Part shown: positions 62,084 to 64,000 of the stretch, one piece after another
Numbering within the stretch: position 1 is the first letter of the stretch
Layout of the letters: each line of letters starts with the position of its first letter
Source: Schmidtea polychroa
Lineage: Eukaryota
Direction: 5' to 3'
Length of the DNA stretch: 64,000 bases
NCBI GenBank assembly: GCA_044892525.1
Contig: CM097885.1
Span: forward strand, 74,772,001-74,836,000
Position numbers and translations under genes: made by a program
The notes under the pieces: generated by a model
The model's input: only the letters and a program-made list of their open reading frames with translations
The model's database searches: none
Told to the model about the DNA's origin: nothing

Positions 62084-64000
62084 CAGGGATGCTTTCCCAA
62101 AATTTATCAACCGGTTCGCAGTGATATTTTCTTACAAATTTTTTTATTTTTTTAATATTTCCATCAAAATATTATGGTTTGTCAGAGTAGCAGACTTAGT
62201 CAAGAATATTTAACTATCGTTCATATTCATTGCAACAATAATGTAATAGGATAAAAGAGAATATAAAAATAATTCAACGAGGTAAAAATCACTTATTTTA
62301 TTTATTCATTTCAAGAGATACAAAAGTTACATAAAAAAAACTGAACATAACAAAAAAATTGTGAAATTGCATATATTAGTAAATATTATTGTTATAAAGT
62401 AATTATATTATTTAAAATATTTCCAAATAGCTAATTGATTTTCAGTATATTCTTTCGGTTTAGATTTTTTAACCTTGGTATCATCTGCCGAGTTATGGTT
62501 CCTCAACCAAGTTTTTACATAGGGAACTGCATTCCAAGTTTCTAATGGACGACCAACTAAGTTTAATGTCATCAAATTTGATACTGTCTGCACTGTTAAT
62601 CTGGCTCTTATATCAGCAATTATGAATTTCATCAATGAACATCCTCGTTCTGCTTCAGCACTGCTAACGGCAACCGTATTAACCATATTTTTCGCTTTTT
62701 GAATGTTTTCTGCAATTTTACTAATTTGATGATAGCCATTGTTTATTATATCTTCTACATAATCACGGAAATCATTCTTATCGATATCAAAATTAAAAAC
62801 TTTTCGAAATTTATCAAAATTCTTTTCGGCCTCTATCCACGGAACTACCATATCTTCAATTTTCCATGTGCTCGGCTCTAGCAAATTGGCTAGCTCATAA
62901 ATAATGCTATTATCAATATTTTTTTTGTTACTATTTGATCCGAGGTGAGAGCAATCCATCAATCTTAATTTCATATTTTTATGATGCTGTCAATAAGGGA
63001 ATCTTTGGGAAGGTTTCCATAAATTCTGTTTTCGACGAAGATAATGTTTTTGAATGCTTCAGAGTTTATAACTTCATCCACTGTTTTTTCGTAATGACCG
63101 CGACGATCTTTGAGAATTTGAAAAGTGTTAATTGATCTCCCCTTGCAACATTTATATTTCTAGCTTGAAGGGCATTAGATAGTAGAGAGCACTCCCGTAG
63201 GATGTCAATCATTAGAGCTAAATCTACTAGAAAACATTTGTTTTGTAGTCGTTTTGCCATTCCAGACATTTTTTGGTTAGAAGAGAACAACGTATACAAG
63301 CAAACGTATAGCAAGCAATACACCCAACAAACTTTGAAAAATAGTATTCGCATCTTGTGCGTCAAGCTCCACAATATCTACGAACATTATTGGGGATATT
63401 TCAGAAGATTCTACTTTGATGAAAACTATAAACGTTGATTTACTGGAAATGGTGGAAGCTTCATCAATAACAGTACAAATTTTTAAATTATTCTTAATAA
63501 TCGATATAAACAATTCTTTTTTAGTTTCTTGCGCGATATGCTCTACTATCTTACTTGGACTATGTCGAGAATGAAGTCCGGTTCCCATGTCCAACCCATT
63601 TTTTACTTGAAGCTCTATTACACTTTCTATTTCTGAAAACGGACGGTTTCTTTTCGCTAGGCTGTAAACAGTGTTGAAGATTCTTGTAGTAGAACTAATA
63701 AATTTCTCGTTCATCTTATCGATGCATGATGTAAAAGTTTGTTTTTCAAGTATCTTGGCATGTTCAACAGCTAGTTTGTGTGCTTTTGATGCAAAATGTT
63801 CACTCATTTTTTTCCTTAAAGGTGCTTGTTGCACTATTTTGTCTTTCCTCGATGTCGTAACTTTACATTTTTTCCATTCCTGAGATATTAGTTTTGATTC
63901 CATTTTTAAACAATACTCACATCCCAATTTCTGATTACTGACAAATAGCCCATCATATTTAATTTTAAACTCCTTCAACTGTTTCGCATTCCAACAGCTT
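62084..64000 (-). mobile_element. hAT transposon with KIAA1586/ZNF862-like transposase (disrupted, runs off window)
   Basis: ORFs 63978-63277 (CEYC...H, NTVYSLAKRNRPF, IDEAST), 63374-63066 (DLALMIDILRECSLLS) and 62974-62408 (VAVSSAEAERGCS); probable TIR CAGGGATG at 62084. Confidence 0.88.

Overview
Very AT-rich animal genomic DNA with three ~150-N assembly gaps. A free-living flatworm (planarian-type) source is my inference from the base composition, 43-51 nt introns and (AAT)n tracts. Three host genes can be built by eye. (1) A 7-exon RILP/RILPL1-like gene (+, 13655-27354) whose introns are inflated by transposons. (2) A compact 6-exon reticulon gene (-, 42278-41385). (3) An apparently single-exon DEG/ENaC channel (+, 55572-57269). 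Most of the rest is nested, decayed transposable elements: Ty3/gypsy pieces and solo LTRs, several hAT families, mariner, MULE, piggyBac MITEs, a Chapaev3-like element and a restriction-like-endonuclease-clade non-LTR retrotransposon. For many of these I could resolve the terminal inverted repeats (TIRs) and target-site duplications (TSDs). The most notable non-obvious signals are a cryptic, intronless Bcl-2-family pseudogene (32750-33047), a Penelope-type minimal hammerhead ribozyme just across a gap from it, a 1309-bp tandem triplication of gag-protease with a microhomology junction, a MULE with unexplained passenger DNA, and a ~218-bp intronic foldback. No rRNA, tRNA or CRISPR array is supported. 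All family assignments come from motifs recognised by eye; no database searches were run.
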